Source: Leptolyngbya sp. | Lineage (GTDB): Bacteria > Cyanobacteriota > Cyanobacteriia > Phormidesmidales > Phormidesmidaceae | NCBI GenBank assembly: GCA_003249105.1 | Contig: QBLT01000002.1 | Coordinates: 2,505-66,504 of the forward strand | Length of the DNA: 64,000 bases | Direction: 5' to 3' | Shown: in pieces, positions 28,150-38,973 of the stretch | Layout: each line of letters opens with the position of its first letter | How positions within the stretch are numbered: the first letter of the stretch is position 1 | Notes under the pieces: model-generated | Seen by the model: only the letters and a program-made list of their open reading frames with translations | Database searches by the model: none | What the model was told of the DNA's origin: nothing | Translations under genes and position numbers: made by a program

Positions 28150-28797
28150 CTAGTTACCCCAACGCTCTTGGAGAAGTTGTCGTAGCCTCAGCAGGCCGCG
28201 ACGAGAATGAGTTTTGACGGTTCCCAGGGGGGTATCGAGCTGTTCAGCAATGGTGACCTGGGATAGCCCTTCGTAGTAGGCTAGGCGCAAAATCTTTTGC
28301 TGACTCTCAGAAAGCTGGGCCAGAGCAGTCTGGATGTCTTGGGCACGCTCGGCCTGGGCTAAGGCCTGCTCAGGGGTCTGGGCTGCGGGCACTGTGTGGA
28401 TAGACTGAAGCCGTTCTACCGCAGCCCGAGCTACCTGGCGCGATCGCAGGCGGTCAATGGCGCGCGATCGCGTCAGTATGGCCAAGAACGTGCGCAACGA
28501 GCCTCGCTGGGGGGCATAGGCCGTCGATGGTAGCTTGACAAAGATGTCCTGCGTCAGGTCTTCGGCTTCCTGGGTGTGGCCCAGCACTTTGAGAGCAATG
28601 CCGTAGACCAGTCCACCGTGGCGATCGTATAGAGAACCAAGGGCGTCAGTTTGCCCTGTCTTTAAAGCTAACCAAAGGTCTGTATCCGTGGGCGCTCCAG
28701 CGTCCGCCGAGGTCAGTCGATCAAAATCCATATCCATCGGATGCTCAGACACCAGACCCGTCGTCGCGGCTGGAGGGCGCAGTTCTACCGCAGTCAT
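28150..28797 (-). CDS. ECF sigma-70 factor (SigK-like)
   Basis: LYDRHGGLVY, EAEDLTQDIF, RSRAIDRLRS, YYEGLSQVTIAEQLDTPLGTVKT. Confidence 0.92.
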   Translation of the reverse strand: MTAVELRPPAATTGLVSEHPMDMDFDRLTSADAGAPTDTDLWLALKTGQTDALGSLYDRHGGLVYGIALKVLGHTQEAEDLTQDIFVKLPSTAYAPQRGSLRTFLAILTRSRAIDRLRSRQVARAAVERLQSIHTVPAAQTPEQALAQAERAQDIQTALAQLSESQQKILRLAYYEGLSQVTIAEQLDTPLGTVKTHSRRGLLRLRQLLQERWGN

Positions 28798-28846
28798 TGT
28801 TCTATACAATGCCATGCTTTGGGCCATACATTGGGTCTGCTGCCAT

Positions 28847-28886
28847 CCTGTTGGGTGGGGCTGGCACTCAACCACCACCCAACAGG
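28847..28886. terminator. hairpin between the CHRD gene and the ECF sigma gene
   Basis: 12-bp perfect arms CCTGTTGGGTGG/CCACCCAACAGG; weak U-tail. Confidence 0.55.
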
Positions 28887-28907
28887 AATAGAGTCTGTCG
28901 CGATCGC

Positions 28908-29567
28908 CTAAGCAGGCATCAAAATGCCCCGCAGTTCGCCAGCCCGGTAGCGAGTAGTGTGGAAGTCGATATACAGCATGCCGTTTTGCAGAGCCTGAAG
29001 CTGTTCAGGCGTAAGGGTGTAGTCGCCCATGGCGCTGCCACCGCGACCGTTGGCATTCATCGTCACCTCTAGGGCGTACTGAAATGGCCCGTTTTCACTA
29101 GCGCTACCGCGGTGGACGTGAAACGCCGAGGTGATGTTGGGGTTGGGCGGATCGAGCGGGTCGGTGGCATAATCGCGCGGGGCACTGCTCAGTTGGCGAA
29201 AGCTACCGCGCACCACCAGGCGATTGCCGGACAGAGCCGCCCCAACCACTCCACGCGCATCGGTCATAACCCCTTTAGGCACAATATTCTGGCCGCTGAG
29301 CATGGCTATGTAGGTAACGATGGGCTCATTTAGCCCCTGAGCCAGCAGGGGAGCCATCGCCGCCGCCAGGTTTGCATCGATTTGTTCTCCTAGGGCAAAG
29401 GTATCACTAGAGGCACCAGACCAGGGAGTCGCTGCTGCGGTAGCGGGGGTTACTAACGGCACCTGAGCCACCACCCGGCTCAGCACGGGGGAGTAGAGTA
29501 TTGTCACAAACAGACAGGTCGCTAAGGCAAGTAAGCTATTGCGCCAATGCTTTCGCGCTCTCAACAT
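28908..29567 (-). CDS. exported CHRD-domain protein
   Basis: Signal peptide; LSGQNIVP, ITSAFHVHRG, LYIDFHTTRYRAGELRG. Confidence 0.85.
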   Translation of the reverse strand: MLRARKHWRNSLLALATCLFVTILYSPVLSRVVAQVPLVTPATAAATPWSGASSDTFALGEQIDANLAAAMAPLLAQGLNEPIVTYIAMLSGQNIVPKGVMTDARGVVGAALSGNRLVVRGSFRQLSSAPRDYATDPLDPPNPNITSAFHVHRGSASENGPFQYALEVTMNANGRGGSAMGDYTLTPEQLQALQNGMLYIDFHTTRYRAGELRGILMPA

Positions 29568-29626
29568 GATGCTTCATTCCACTCAACAAACGGCTAAAAG
29601 TCTCTTCGGTGAAGACTCATACCCAG

Positions 29627-29651
29627 TACGCAGCTCTCTACAGATTGGATG
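29627..29651 (-). promoter_or_regulatory. candidate ECF-sigma promoter for the CHRD gene
   Basis: On the minus strand CATCC-N16-CGTA, about 60 nt upstream of the ATG. Confidence 0.5.
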
Positions 29652-29795
29652 CAGTAGCATGGCATGAAAACTGAGCGAGCCACACAGTCAGTGGCGCAAT
29701 CGCTGAGTTGAGGGCAGATCCGTAAGCACATTGCCCTGCTTCAGCGTTGATCTCCGGTGCTGCTCAATAACGCCCCCTGCCAGCTAACCCCCTGC

Positions 29796-30851
29796 ATGGA
29801 AATCACCTGTCAGCCTTTTACCGTTCACAAGCGCGTGCCGCTCACCATCAGTCGCGGCACCACGGCCCAATCGACTAACCTCTGGCTAAAGCTCAGCGCC
29901 GAGGGCATAGAAGGCTGGGGCGAAGCGGCTCCTTTTTCTATTGGCACCCATCGGCAAACCTTAGCGATGTTGCAGGCAGATATAGTTCGCCTACAGACAG
30001 CCATAGCCCCTTACCATCCGCTAGAACGCCAGGCCGTTGAGTCTGTGATCGGCGTGCTATCGCTCCATTCGGCCACCCGCGCTGCGCTTGATGTAGCCCT
30101 GTGGGACTGGTGCGGCAAGTTTGTCGGGCAGCCCATCTGGCGGCTGCTGGGGTTAGATTTAGGCTGCATTCAGCCGACATCGGTTACAGTCGGCATTTCA
30201 TCGCCCGAGGCCGCCCATCAGCGATCGCAGGATTGGCTACAGCAGACTTCCGCCCGCGCCCTTAAGGTGAAGCTCGGCAGCCCCCAGGGCATCGCAGCCG
30301 ATCAAGCCATGTTTCAGGCCGTCTACGACCACATCCCCGCCACCGTCAGCCTCAGCGTCGATGCCAACGGCGGCTGGAATCTAGAGGAGGCCCAACACAT
30401 GGCGGCTTGGCTGAGCGATCGCCGTGTCACCCACCTAGAGCAGCCCCTACCTGTTAGCCAGGACGTCGATTTGGCCAAGCTCAGACAAAACTCGCCGCTG
30501 CCAATTTTTGTCGATGAGAGCTGCTTCAGCAGCTCAGATATTCCTCGCCTAATGGATTCAGTCGATGGCATTAACATTAAGCTGATGAAAGCCGGAGGGC
30601 TAACCGAAGCCCTGCGGATGATTCACACCGCGCGGGCCTGCGGCCTTCAGGTGATGTTCGGCTGCTATTCCGACAGCAGCCTGGCCAATGGGGCCATGGT
30701 TCAGCTCTCGCCTCTAGCCGACTACCTCGACCTCGACAGCCACCTTAACCTGCGCGACGACCCCTTCACTGGCCTGACGCTGGTCGATGGCCGCCTACTT
30801 CCCTCTGCCCACCCTGGACTTGGACTTAGCCATGCACCTCAAGCCCGATAG
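29796..30851 (+). CDS. enolase-superfamily dipeptide epimerase (AEE/DgcA-like)
   Basis: LKVKLG, VDANGGW, LEQP, DES, INIKLMKAGG, DLDSHL. Confidence 0.88.
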   Translation: MEITCQPFTVHKRVPLTISRGTTAQSTNLWLKLSAEGIEGWGEAAPFSIGTHRQTLAMLQADIVRLQTAIAPYHPLERQAVESVIGVLSLHSATRAALDVALWDWCGKFVGQPIWRLLGLDLGCIQPTSVTVGISSPEAAHQRSQDWLQQTSARALKVKLGSPQGIAADQAMFQAVYDHIPATVSLSVDANGGWNLEEAQHMAAWLSDRRVTHLEQPLPVSQDVDLAKLRQNSPLPIFVDESCFSSSDIPRLMDSVDGINIKLMKAGGLTEALRMIHTARACGLQVMFGCYSDSSLANGAMVQLSPLADYLDLDSHLNLRDDPFTGLTLVDGRLLPSAHPGLGLSHAPQAR

Positions 30852-31875
30852 CCGCATTGCCCTGCTCATGCACGAGGGCACCCAGAGCACCATGGGTAAG
30901 ACGGGCATGGCCCTGCTGCGCTTTAGCCAATCGCCGATTGTGGCGGTGATTGATTACCAGGCGGCGGGACAATCGCTCCACGACCTCACCGGCATCGATA
31001 AGCCCATCCCTGTAGTCGCATCGCTTACCGAGGCTCTGACCTATACTCCCGATGTGCTGGCGATCGGCATTGCCCCCTCCGGGGGGAAACTGCCCGACAC
31101 CTGGTTTCAAGAAATTGAGCAGGCGGTCAAGGCCGGGCTCAGTATTGTCAATGGTCTCCACACACCAATGGCCAACCATCCAGCACTTCTGCCCTGGGTG
31201 AGAGACTACCAATGGATTTGGGACGTACGCCAAGAACCAGAGGGGCTTACCGTCGGGTCGGGTCAGGCCAGTCAGCTGGCCTGCAAGCGCATTTTGACCG
31301 TGGGTACCGATATGTCAGTGGGTAAGATGTCCGCCACCCTAGAACTGCATCGCGCCTGCCTTCGACAGGGATTACGCTCTAAGGTAATTGCCACCGGACA
31401 AACCAACCTCATGTTGGGGGACGACGGCGTCCCGTTAGATGCGATCCGAGTCGATTACGCCTCAGGGGCCGTCGAGCAACAGCTCCTGCGCTACGGCCCC
31501 GACCACGACTTCGTTTTCGTGGAAGGCCAGGGGTCGTTACTCAACCCGGCTTCAACGGCTACCCTACCTCTGCTGCGAGGCACCCAGCCTACCCATCTGG
31601 TGCTGGTGCACCGAGCTGGGCAAACCCATATTCAAAATTTTCCCACCGTCAAAATCCCCGACCTGCCCAGCGTTATAGCGCTGTACGAGCAGGTAGCGAC
31701 GGCGGCGGGGGCCTTTTATCCGGCTAAAGTGGTGGCGATCGCCCTCAACACCGGTCACCTCACCACAGCAGATGCCGAAGAGGCTATTCAGTCAGTCGAA
31801 GCCCAAACAAAGCTGCCCTGCGCAGACATCTTCCGCACAGGGGCCGACAAACTATTGGCACCTATCCTGGCCTAA
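30832..31875 (+). CDS. DUF1611 protein (DgcN-like N-acetyltransferase)
   Basis: VGTDMSVGKM, ATGQT, VEGQGSLLNP; overlaps the epimerase stop. Confidence 0.88.
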   Translation: MHLKPDSRIALLMHEGTQSTMGKTGMALLRFSQSPIVAVIDYQAAGQSLHDLTGIDKPIPVVASLTEALTYTPDVLAIGIAPSGGKLPDTWFQEIEQAVKAGLSIVNGLHTPMANHPALLPWVRDYQWIWDVRQEPEGLTVGSGQASQLACKRILTVGTDMSVGKMSATLELHRACLRQGLRSKVIATGQTNLMLGDDGVPLDAIRVDYASGAVEQQLLRYGPDHDFVFVEGQGSLLNPASTATLPLLRGTQPTHLVLVHRAGQTHIQNFPTVKIPDLPSVIALYEQVATAAGAFYPAKVVAIALNTGHLTTADAEEAIQSVEAQTKLPCADIFRTGADKLLAPILA

Positions 31876-31880
31876 CGAGG

Positions 31881-32105
31881 CTACTTCTTGCGAAGACGGT
31901 AGGTAATACGCCCCTTGGTGAGGTCGTAGGGAGTAAGCTCTACCTTGACGCGATCGCCTGGCAAAATCTTGATGTAGTTACGACGAATCTTCCCGGAAAT
32001 GTGGGCTAACACGTTAAACCCATTATCCAAATCGACCCGAAACATCGCGTTCGGCAACGATTCAGTAATGGTGCCCTCCATTTCAATTAAGTCTTGCTTA
32101 GACAA
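31881..32105 (-). CDS. infA: translation initiation factor IF-1
   Basis: [28 protein letters not shown]; TTG start. Confidence 0.98.
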   Translation of the reverse strand: MSKQDLIEMEGTITESLPNAMFRVDLDNGFNVLAHISGKIRRNYIKILPGDRVKVELTPYDLTKGRITYRLRKK

Positions 32106-32162
32106 GCTGAACTCTCCCTCAGTACACAATCAACAGGCTGAACTCTAGCATAGCCCCAGGAA

Positions 32163-32717
32163 CTACTCGATCACTAGGCGCTTTAGGTCAGCATGAACTA
32201 CGTCCATGGTTTGATTCCCATCCACCGACACCAGCTGCTGACGGCTGCGATAAAAATCAATCAGCGGCTCCGTCTGCTCCCGGTAGACCTGAAGCCGATT
32301 TAGAATCACCGACTCTTCATCGTCGTCACGCCCCCGCTGCAGCAGACGAGCGACAATCACATCGTCCTCAACGTCCAGGTTCACTACAAAATCAACCGGC
32401 TGCTCAATCTGCTCTAGCAGCTTCTGCAAAAACTCAGCCTGGGGCACATTGCGAGGAAAACCGTCCAGCAGCCAACCCTTTTGAGTATCGTCCTGACCCA
32501 ACCGCTCCTGAATCAAATCCAGGATCAGTTCGTCAGGCACCAGCTCTCCAGCACTCATGTACTGCTCCGCTTTTTGGCCTAGCTCACTACCCGCAGCTAC
32601 CGCTGACCGCAGAATATCCCCAGTAGAAATATGAGGAACCTCGCAGTCCTTAGCAAGCAGCAGAGCTTGGGTGCCCTTGCCCGCCCCCGGCGGACCCAGA
32701 AAAATAAGTCGAGTCAC
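32163..32717 (-). CDS. adk: adenylate kinase (short LID)
   Basis: [25 protein letters not shown]. Confidence 0.98.
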   Translation of the reverse strand: MTRLIFLGPPGAGKGTQALLLAKDCEVPHISTGDILRSAVAAGSELGQKAEQYMSAGELVPDELILDLIQERLGQDDTQKGWLLDGFPRNVPQAEFLQKLLEQIEQPVDFVVNLDVEDDVIVARLLQRGRDDDEESVILNRLQVYREQTEPLIDFYRSRQQLVSVDGNQTMDVVHADLKRLVIE

Positions 32718-34030
32718 TACTGCTTCACCATCCCTTCGTAGCGTTGGGAGATTACGTAGGTCTGAATCTGCTTAGCAGTGTCAATGGCAACACCAACCAG
32801 AATCAGTAGCGAAGTGGCTCCAAACCCTCGAAAGGTTTGCACTCGCGTCAAACTCTCTACCGCACTGGGCACAACCGCTACCATACCCAGAAAAATAGCC
32901 CCAAGAAAGGTCAACCGGTTGAGAATGCGGCTGATATACTCGGTGGTCGCCTTACCGGGTCGAATGCCAGGGATGCTAGCTCCCATCTTTTTCAGGTTGC
33001 GCGATACATCGTCTGGGTTCATCACCAGAGATGAATAAAAGTAGCTAAAGAAGAGAATCAGAACTAGATACAGCGAAACGTAGAACAGGGACGTTGGATT
33101 CAGATAGTTGTTAACGAACTGGCTAAACCCAGGGTTAGTGATGTACTGGGTCAGCGAAATCGGCAGCACTAGCACCGCAGAGGCAAAAATGATCGGCATT
33201 ACTCCACCCTGGTTAAGCCGCAGGGGTAAGTAGTTGCTCTGCTCTAGATAGAGCTTGCGACCCACCTGGCGACGAGCGGAGATAATGGGAATGCGGCGAG
33301 TTCCTTCCTGCACAAAGACAATGCCCACAATCATTGCCAGGAAAGCGAGCATAAGGATAATAATGCCGCCCACTAGGCCGCGATCGCCGCTCTGAGCCAA
33401 TTCAATCGTTTGGCCTAGCGATCGGGGCAGGGTGGAAACGATGTTGAGGAAAATCAGTAGCGAAGCACCGTTGCCAATGCCGCGCTCAGTGATTAACTCA
33501 CCCACCCACATCACAAACATCGAGCCTGCTGTTAAGGCAATCACCGTCTGGGCTACAAATGCAGGCCCAGGAACTTCCGCAAACTGATACAGCAGGAAGG
33601 AAGACAGCAGCGTGCTCTGCAAAATCGCCCAGCCTAAGGCTACATAGCGAGTGATCTGAGAGATCTTACGCCGCCCAGCCTCCCCTTCATTTTTTTGCAG
33701 ATCCTCTAGCTGAGGCAGAGCCGCCGTCAGCAGCTGCATAATGATCGAGGCATTGATGAAGGGCAAAATACCTAGGGCAAAGATACCCAGAGCAGACAAG
33801 CCGCCGCCCACGAAGATATCTAAAAATCCTACAAAGCCAGCCAGACTGCCCGATTGAATAGAAGCAGCAAAAGCTTGGCGATCAATACCCGGGACCGGAA
33901 TAAAAATCCCTAACCTAACTAATACCAGCAGCCCTAGGGTCACCAGCAAACGGCTGCGCAGGCCAGCGGCCTGGGCCATTTGCATAAATGTTTCCTGCGC
34001 GCTTGGATTTTTACCCCGACTTACGACCAT
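32717..34030 (-). CDS. secY: preprotein translocase SecY
   Basis: [46 protein letters not shown]. Confidence 0.99.
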   Translation of the reverse strand: MVVSRGKNPSAQETFMQMAQAAGLRSRLLVTLGLLVLVRLGIFIPVPGIDRQAFAASIQSGSLAGFVGFLDIFVGGGLSALGIFALGILPFINASIIMQLLTAALPQLEDLQKNEGEAGRRKISQITRYVALGWAILQSTLLSSFLLYQFAEVPGPAFVAQTVIALTAGSMFVMWVGELITERGIGNGASLLIFLNIVSTLPRSLGQTIELAQSGDRGLVGGIIILMLAFLAMIVGIVFVQEGTRRIPIISARRQVGRKLYLEQSNYLPLRLNQGGVMPIIFASAVLVLPISLTQYITNPGFSQFVNNYLNPTSLFYVSLYLVLILFFSYFYSSLVMNPDDVSRNLKKMGASIPGIRPGKATTEYISRILNRLTFLGAIFLGMVAVVPSAVESLTRVQTFRGFGATSLLILVGVAIDTAKQIQTYVISQRYEGMVKQ

Positions 34031-34140
34031 GCAACCATACCTCAGGCCTACGTTTAGCAATACATTGACGGCAATAAATAACCACAAAATCTATGGTTAC
34101 AGTCCATAGCCCTAGTCTAAGGGATGAACGAGTCATCTCG

Positions 34141-34587
34141 CTATGAGACGACTTCCCATGTACCGCCAGCCTGCTCAATTTTCTCCTTAGCGGACTTGGT
34201 AAAAGCCGCCGCTCTAACGTTTAGGGCCACATCAATTTCACCATGACCCAGCACCTTCAAAGGCCCATCATTGGTGGTCAATATGCCTGCTTCGAGCAAG
34301 GACTCAAGCGAGACGTCAGTCCCTGCTGCCAGGTCAGACAGCCCTTTAACGTTGATAATGGTATATTCCTTCTGATTGACCAGAGGGAAGTGCTTGAGCT
34401 TAGGGATGCGGCGGTAGAGGGGCATTTGGCCACCCTCAAAGCCAGGTCGAGTACCGCTACCCGAACGAGACTTTTGCCCTCGCATGCCAAAGCCACAGCT
34501 CGCGCCCTGGCCAGCAGAAATACCGCGACCGACGCGGCGACGGCGGCGCTTAGAGCCGACTTGTGGTTGTGCGTCGTTGATTCTCAT
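34141..34587 (-). CDS. rplO: 50S ribosomal protein L15
   Basis: [29 protein letters not shown]. Confidence 0.99.
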   Translation of the reverse strand: MRINDAQPQVGSKRRRRRVGRGISAGQGASCGFGMRGQKSRSGSGTRPGFEGGQMPLYRRIPKLKHFPLVNQKEYTIINVKGLSDLAAGTDVSLESLLEAGILTTNDGPLKVLGHGEIDVALNVRAAAFTKSAKEKIEQAGGTWEVVS

Positions 34588-34623
34588 GGCTGAGGAAAAT
34601 AAAAACAGCGATACCGAAATGAA

Positions 34624-35145
34624 TTAAACATAGAGGCTTTCAACCGGGATGTCCCGCTCTTCAGCCACGTCAGCAAAGGTGCGTAGAGAAGCTAGGGCAT
34701 CAGCGGCAGCCCGGGCGTTGTTGAGGGGGTTATTGGAGCCCAGCTGCTTAGCCAGAACATTTCGTACCCCAGCCAATTCGAGCACTGTACGCACAGCACC
34801 ACCAGCAATTACCCCAGTACCCGGGGCAGCAGGGCGCATAAACACCTTGGCCCCACCGCCGATCCCGTTGGAGGGATGGGGAATGGAGTAAGAACGAGTC
34901 AGGGGCACATCTACTAGATGCTTTTTGCCATCGGCTACGCCTTTCTTGACCGCACCAATGACATCGCCTGCTTTACCAACACCAACGCCGACCTGGCCTT
35001 TCTCATTGCCAACAACCACAATGGCGCGGAAGCTAAGTTTCTTACCCCCCTTCACCACCTTGGTCACGCGACGAATTTGGACAACGCGTTCCTGCCAGTC
35101 AGTCTTCTTTTCTTTAGTACGCGCTTCTTTGCGACGGTTTGCCAT
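34624..35145 (-). CDS. rpsE: 30S ribosomal protein S5
   Basis: [18 protein letters not shown]; start MANRRKE. Confidence 0.99.
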   Translation of the reverse strand: MANRRKEARTKEKKTDWQERVVQIRRVTKVVKGGKKLSFRAIVVVGNEKGQVGVGVGKAGDVIGAVKKGVADGKKHLVDVPLTRSYSIPHPSNGIGGGAKVFMRPAAPGTGVIAGGAVRTVLELAGVRNVLAKQLGSNNPLNNARAAADALASLRTFADVAEERDIPVESLYV

Positions 35146-35209
35146 GCCTTTCCCAGCCTTGTTTACATCAAGCAAAATTAGGTGCTTTCATCCAACAATC
35201 ACGCTTGGC

Positions 35210-35569
35210 CTAGAGGCTCAAGCCTGCTTCACGGGCTGCTTCAGCCAGAGCCGCTACCCGTCCGTGATACAACTTGCCGCCCCGGTCAAAAACGACTTGA
35301 GTGATACCAGCCTTTAGCGCGCGCTCAGCTACCAATTTGCCGACTACCGCAGCAGAGTCCTGAGTAGCTCCCGACTCATCCTTTAGAACATCTGGTTCAA
35401 CCGTTGAGGCTGCTACCAAGGTGTGGTGAGCAGTATCATCAATGATCTGGGCATAAATATGCTGATTTGAGCGAAACACGGCTAACCGAGGCCGCTCAGA
35501 GGTGCCAAACACGCGGCGGCGAATGCGGACGTGACGGCGACGGGTTAATTCTTTTCGACTTGCTTTCAT
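35210..35569 (-). CDS. rplR: 50S ribosomal protein L18
   Basis: [28 protein letters not shown]. Confidence 0.99.
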   Translation of the reverse strand: MKASRKELTRRRHVRIRRRVFGTSERPRLAVFRSNQHIYAQIIDDTAHHTLVAASTVEPDVLKDESGATQDSAAVVGKLVAERALKAGITQVVFDRGGKLYHGRVAALAEAAREAGLSL

Positions 35570-35572
35570 GGC

Positions 35573-36112
35573 TTATTTCTTCCCTGACTTACCGGCCTTA
35601 CGTCTGACCTGCTCACCGGCGTAGCGCACGCCTTTACCTTTGTAGGGTTCAGGAGGGCGGCTGGCCCGAATGCTAGCGGCAATGTTGCCTACTAGCTCTT
35701 TGTCAATGCCGCTGATGACGACATTGGTATTGTTCTCGACTACAAACTCAATACCAGCGGGGGGCTCGAATACAACTGGGTGACTATAGCCTAGGCTAAG
35801 GTTCAAGTTGCGGCCCTGTAGCTGTGCCCGGTAACCAATACCTTGAATCTCCAGGCGCTTTTGATAGCCGTTCGAGACTCCCTCAACCATATTAGCCACC
35901 AGGGTGCGACAGAGACCGTGACGCTCGCGGGCTAGCCGAGAATCATCTTTGCGGTTGACCAAAACGGTTTCCCCGTCCTGAACCACCATCACTCCGCTGG
36001 GCAAGGTACGAGACAGCTCGCCCTTGGGCCCTTTAACCTGAATGTCCTGACCGTCAATCGTGATTGACACTTTAGCCGGGACTGGGATTGGCCGCTTGCC
36101 AATACGTGACAT
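35573..36112 (-). CDS. rplF: 50S ribosomal protein L6
   Basis: [17 protein letters not shown]. Confidence 0.99.
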   Translation of the reverse strand: MSRIGKRPIPVPAKVSITIDGQDIQVKGPKGELSRTLPSGVMVVQDGETVLVNRKDDSRLARERHGLCRTLVANMVEGVSNGYQKRLEIQGIGYRAQLQGRNLNLSLGYSHPVVFEPPAGIEFVVENNTNVVISGIDKELVGNIAASIRASRPPEPYKGKGVRYAGEQVRRKAGKSGKK

Positions 36113-36193
36113 GATGCAAAACTCCTAAATCCTTAGCACTCGATAACGCCCTTGATGACTAGCTATCAGCTGACAGCATCGGCTATTCAGCTA

Positions 36194-36595
36194 TTACCAG
36201 ACATAGCAAAGCACTTCGCCACCAATACCCTGGCGACGGGCATCGCGGTCAGTCATGATGCCGCTAGAGGTGGAAACAATTGCAATTCCAATACCCCCCA
36301 ACACCCGAGGTAGCTCTTTTCGGTTGGAATACACGCGCAAACCGGGCTTGCTAACGCGAGTAAGGTTGCGAATGATGGGCTGACGAGTCTTGCCCTTGTA
36401 CTTGAGGGCGACCACCAGTTGAGGACGCTCTTCAACGGTGGTTTCGGAGTAGTCCGTGATAAACCCTTCTTCCTTAAGCACCTTTGCAATACTCCGGGTC
36501 ATCCGGGTAGAAGGAATACCTACGGTTTGGTGCCGCGCCAGGTTCGCATTTCTGATGCGAGTCAACATATCCGCAATTGTGTCGTTAGCAGCCAT
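36194..36595 (-). CDS. rpsH: 30S ribosomal protein S8
   Basis: [21 protein letters not shown]. Confidence 0.99.
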   Translation of the reverse strand: MAANDTIADMLTRIRNANLARHQTVGIPSTRMTRSIAKVLKEEGFITDYSETTVEERPQLVVALKYKGKTRQPIIRNLTRVSKPGLRVYSNRKELPRVLGGIGIAIVSTSSGIMTDRDARRQGIGGEVLCYVW

Positions 36596-36621
36596 AGTTC
36601 TAGTACGCGTATAAACCTGTG

Positions 36622-37167
36622 TTAGTTGTCACGGAACGGCATACCCAATTCCTTGAGTAGCGCTCGGCCTTCTTCATCGGTGCTGGCGGTAGTCACAATA
36701 GTGATATCCATACCGCGAATTTGATCGATGCTGTCGTAGTCAATTTCAGGAAAAATCAACTGCTCACGCAGACCCAAGGTGTAGTTACCACGCCCGTCGA
36801 AGCTCTTGGGGCTGATGCCGCGAAAGTCGCGAATCCGGGGCAGGGTCAAGTTGATGAGGCGATTTAGAAAGGCGTACATGCGGTCAGAACGCAGGGTGAC
36901 CATGATCCCCACGGGCATGCCTTGACGAATTTTGAACCCTGCGATCGCCTTTTTGGCGCGGGTTACCACCGGACGTTGACCGGTGATTAAAGCCAGTTCG
37001 CTCAGAGAGGACTCCAGCGCTTTGGCATTCTGAGACGCTTCACCTAGCCCCCGGTTGACGGTCACCTTGACAACCTTGGGCACTTGATGAATGTTGTCGT
37101 ACTTAAACTGTTCCATCAGCTTAGGTACAACGGTGTCTTTGTATATAGTCTTTAACTGGTCGGTCAT
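36622..37167 (-). CDS. rplE: 50S ribosomal protein L5
   Basis: [20 protein letters not shown]. Confidence 0.99.
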   Translation of the reverse strand: MTDQLKTIYKDTVVPKLMEQFKYDNIHQVPKVVKVTVNRGLGEASQNAKALESSLSELALITGQRPVVTRAKKAIAGFKIRQGMPVGIMVTLRSDRMYAFLNRLINLTLPRIRDFRGISPKSFDGRGNYTLGLREQLIFPEIDYDSIDQIRGMDITIVTTASTDEEGRALLKELGMPFRDN

Positions 37168-37231
37168 GGGTCGTTTCTATCGCTTTCCTGGGCTTGGTCA
37201 GGACTAGAGGATGAGCGTAAGACTAAAAGCC

Positions 37232-37579
37232 TTAATCAATGATTTCGCCGGTCTTTTTCAGCATCCGTACCTTACGCCCGTCGTCGGTAAAGGTGTAGGC
37301 AACTCGGCTAGCCACCTTCTCCTTCTCGGAGTAAAGCATGACGTTAGAGCTGTGGATGGGGCCCTCTTGGGTCACGATTTGACCCGATTCGCCCTCTTGC
37401 TGAGGTTTAACGTGCTTAGTGCGAATGTTTACGCCCTGCACGACCACTTGGCTGGTTTTAGGGATAACGGTGAGCACTTCACCCACTTTGCCGCGATCGC
37501 GTCCAGCAATCACCTGAACGGTGTCTCCCTTCCGCACATGCACCTTGTGGCGCACGGCCTGCTTTGATGTTGTTGCCAT
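37232..37579 (-). CDS. rplX: 50S ribosomal protein L24
   Basis: [23 protein letters not shown]. Confidence 0.99.
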   Translation of the reverse strand: MATTSKQAVRHKVHVRKGDTVQVIAGRDRGKVGEVLTVIPKTSQVVVQGVNIRTKHVKPQQEGESGQIVTQEGPIHSSNVMLYSEKEKVASRVAYTFTDDGRKVRMLKKTGEIID

Positions 37580-37944
37580 TAGAGAACCTCCGGTGCCAGC
37601 GACACAATCTTGGTAAAGTTTTTGTCGCGCAGCTCACGGGCTACTGGCCCAAACACGCGAGTGCCTTTGGGGTTGCCATCCTGGTTGATAATCACCGCAG
37701 CGTTATCGTCGAAACGAATACTCATACCGCTACTGCGGCGCAAGCCCTTCTTAGTACGAACAACCACAGCTCGGACAACATCCGACTTTTTCACGGCCAT
37801 GTTTGGCAGTGCATCTTTGACGACAGCAATGATGACATCGCCCACTCCGGCATAGCGGCGATTACCACCCAGTACGCGAATGCACATGAGCTTCCGGGCA
37901 CCGCTGTTGTCGGCCACATTTAAGTACGATTCCTGCTGAATCAC
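37579..37944 (-). CDS. rplN: 50S ribosomal protein L14
   Basis: [26 protein letters not shown]. Confidence 0.99.
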   Translation of the reverse strand: MIQQESYLNVADNSGARKLMCIRVLGGNRRYAGVGDVIIAVVKDALPNMAVKKSDVVRAVVVRTKKGLRRSSGMSIRFDDNAAVIINQDGNPKGTRVFGPVARELRDKNFTKIVSLAPEVL

Positions 37945-37953
37945 AATTCCCCC

Positions 37954-38205
37954 CTATGCGTCTGCCGCACGATTAACAATGTCAGCCACCGTCCAACGCT
38001 TGGTTCGGCTCAGGGGACGGGTTTCAAGAATTCGCACCTGATCGCCTTCCTGGCACGTATTCTCTTCGTCATGGGCCTTATAGCGCTTTGTCCGCACCAC
38101 AATCTTGCCGTACTTAGGATGGGAGGTGCGGCTTTCCACAGCAACCACGACGGTTTTATCCATCTTGTTGCTAACAACCATTCCCACGCGTTCTTTAACC
38201 GCCAT
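37954..38205 (-). CDS. rpsQ: 30S ribosomal protein S17
   Basis: [21 protein letters not shown]. Confidence 0.99.
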   Translation of the reverse strand: MAVKERVGMVVSNKMDKTVVVAVESRTSHPKYGKIVVRTKRYKAHDEENTCQEGDQVRILETRPLSRTKRWTVADIVNRAADA

Positions 38206-38221
38206 CTAATTCACCTATTCC

Positions 38222-38494
38222 CTACGCTGTTACCGATTCTGCTGTGGCAGCAGCCACAGCGGTGGCTTGGGCCTCTACCTCTGCCTCTAGGGCAATTAGC
38301 TGGCGCTCCCGCTGAACCGTCATAAGCTGAGCCAAACGATGACGGAGATGCTTAAACTGGTGCACTTGCTTGTCGAGTTGCCGAGTAGCTTTCTGAAACC
38401 GTAGTTGAAACAGCTCACGCTTGGTTTCAGCGATCGCAGTCAACAACTCTTCATCGCTTAAGCTGCGTGCCTCTTTAATCTTGGTCAATGCCAT
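38222..38494 (-). CDS. rpmC: 50S ribosomal protein L29
   Basis: [13 protein letters not shown]; start MALTKIKE; Ala-rich tail. Confidence 0.97.
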   Translation of the reverse strand: MALTKIKEARSLSDEELLTAIAETKRELFQLRFQKATRQLDKQVHQFKHLRHRLAQLMTVQRERQLIALEAEVEAQATAVAAATAESVTA

Positions 38495-38498
38495 TGGT

Positions 38499-38918
38499 CT
38501 ACGCCTCCTTGCTTTCGCGAGCAATGAATTTAGTCTTAAACGGCAGCTTGAAGGCAGCCAGACGCATTGCTTCCCGAGCCGTGGCTTCAGGTACCCCAGC
38601 AATCTCAAAAACGATTCGACCGGGCTTTACCACAGCGACCCAAAACTCAGGGTTACCCTTACCAGAACCCATACGAGTTTCTGCGGGACGCATGGTCACA
38701 GGTTTATCTGGAAAGACGCGAATCCAGATTTTGCCGCCGCGCCTTACATAGCGGGTCATGGCACGACGGGCAGCCTCGATCTGACGAGCAGTTAGCCAGC
38801 AGGGTTCGGTTGCCTGAAGAGCAAAATCACCAAAATTGATGTCGCTACCCCGCTGAGCCATACCGCGCATACGCCCACGGTGCTGCTTGCGAAATTTAGT
38901 TCGTTTTGGACTTAGCAT
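38499..38918 (-). CDS. rplP: 50S ribosomal protein L16
   Basis: [22 protein letters not shown]. Confidence 0.99.
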   Translation of the reverse strand: MLSPKRTKFRKQHRGRMRGMAQRGSDINFGDFALQATEPCWLTARQIEAARRAMTRYVRRGGKIWIRVFPDKPVTMRPAETRMGSGKGNPEFWVAVVKPGRIVFEIAGVPEATAREAMRLAAFKLPFKTKFIARESKEA

Positions 38919-38973
38919 GAATCGGCACTCTTGAAGTCACAGGTAAAATCAATCAAAGAAACGCGAGGGAGGC

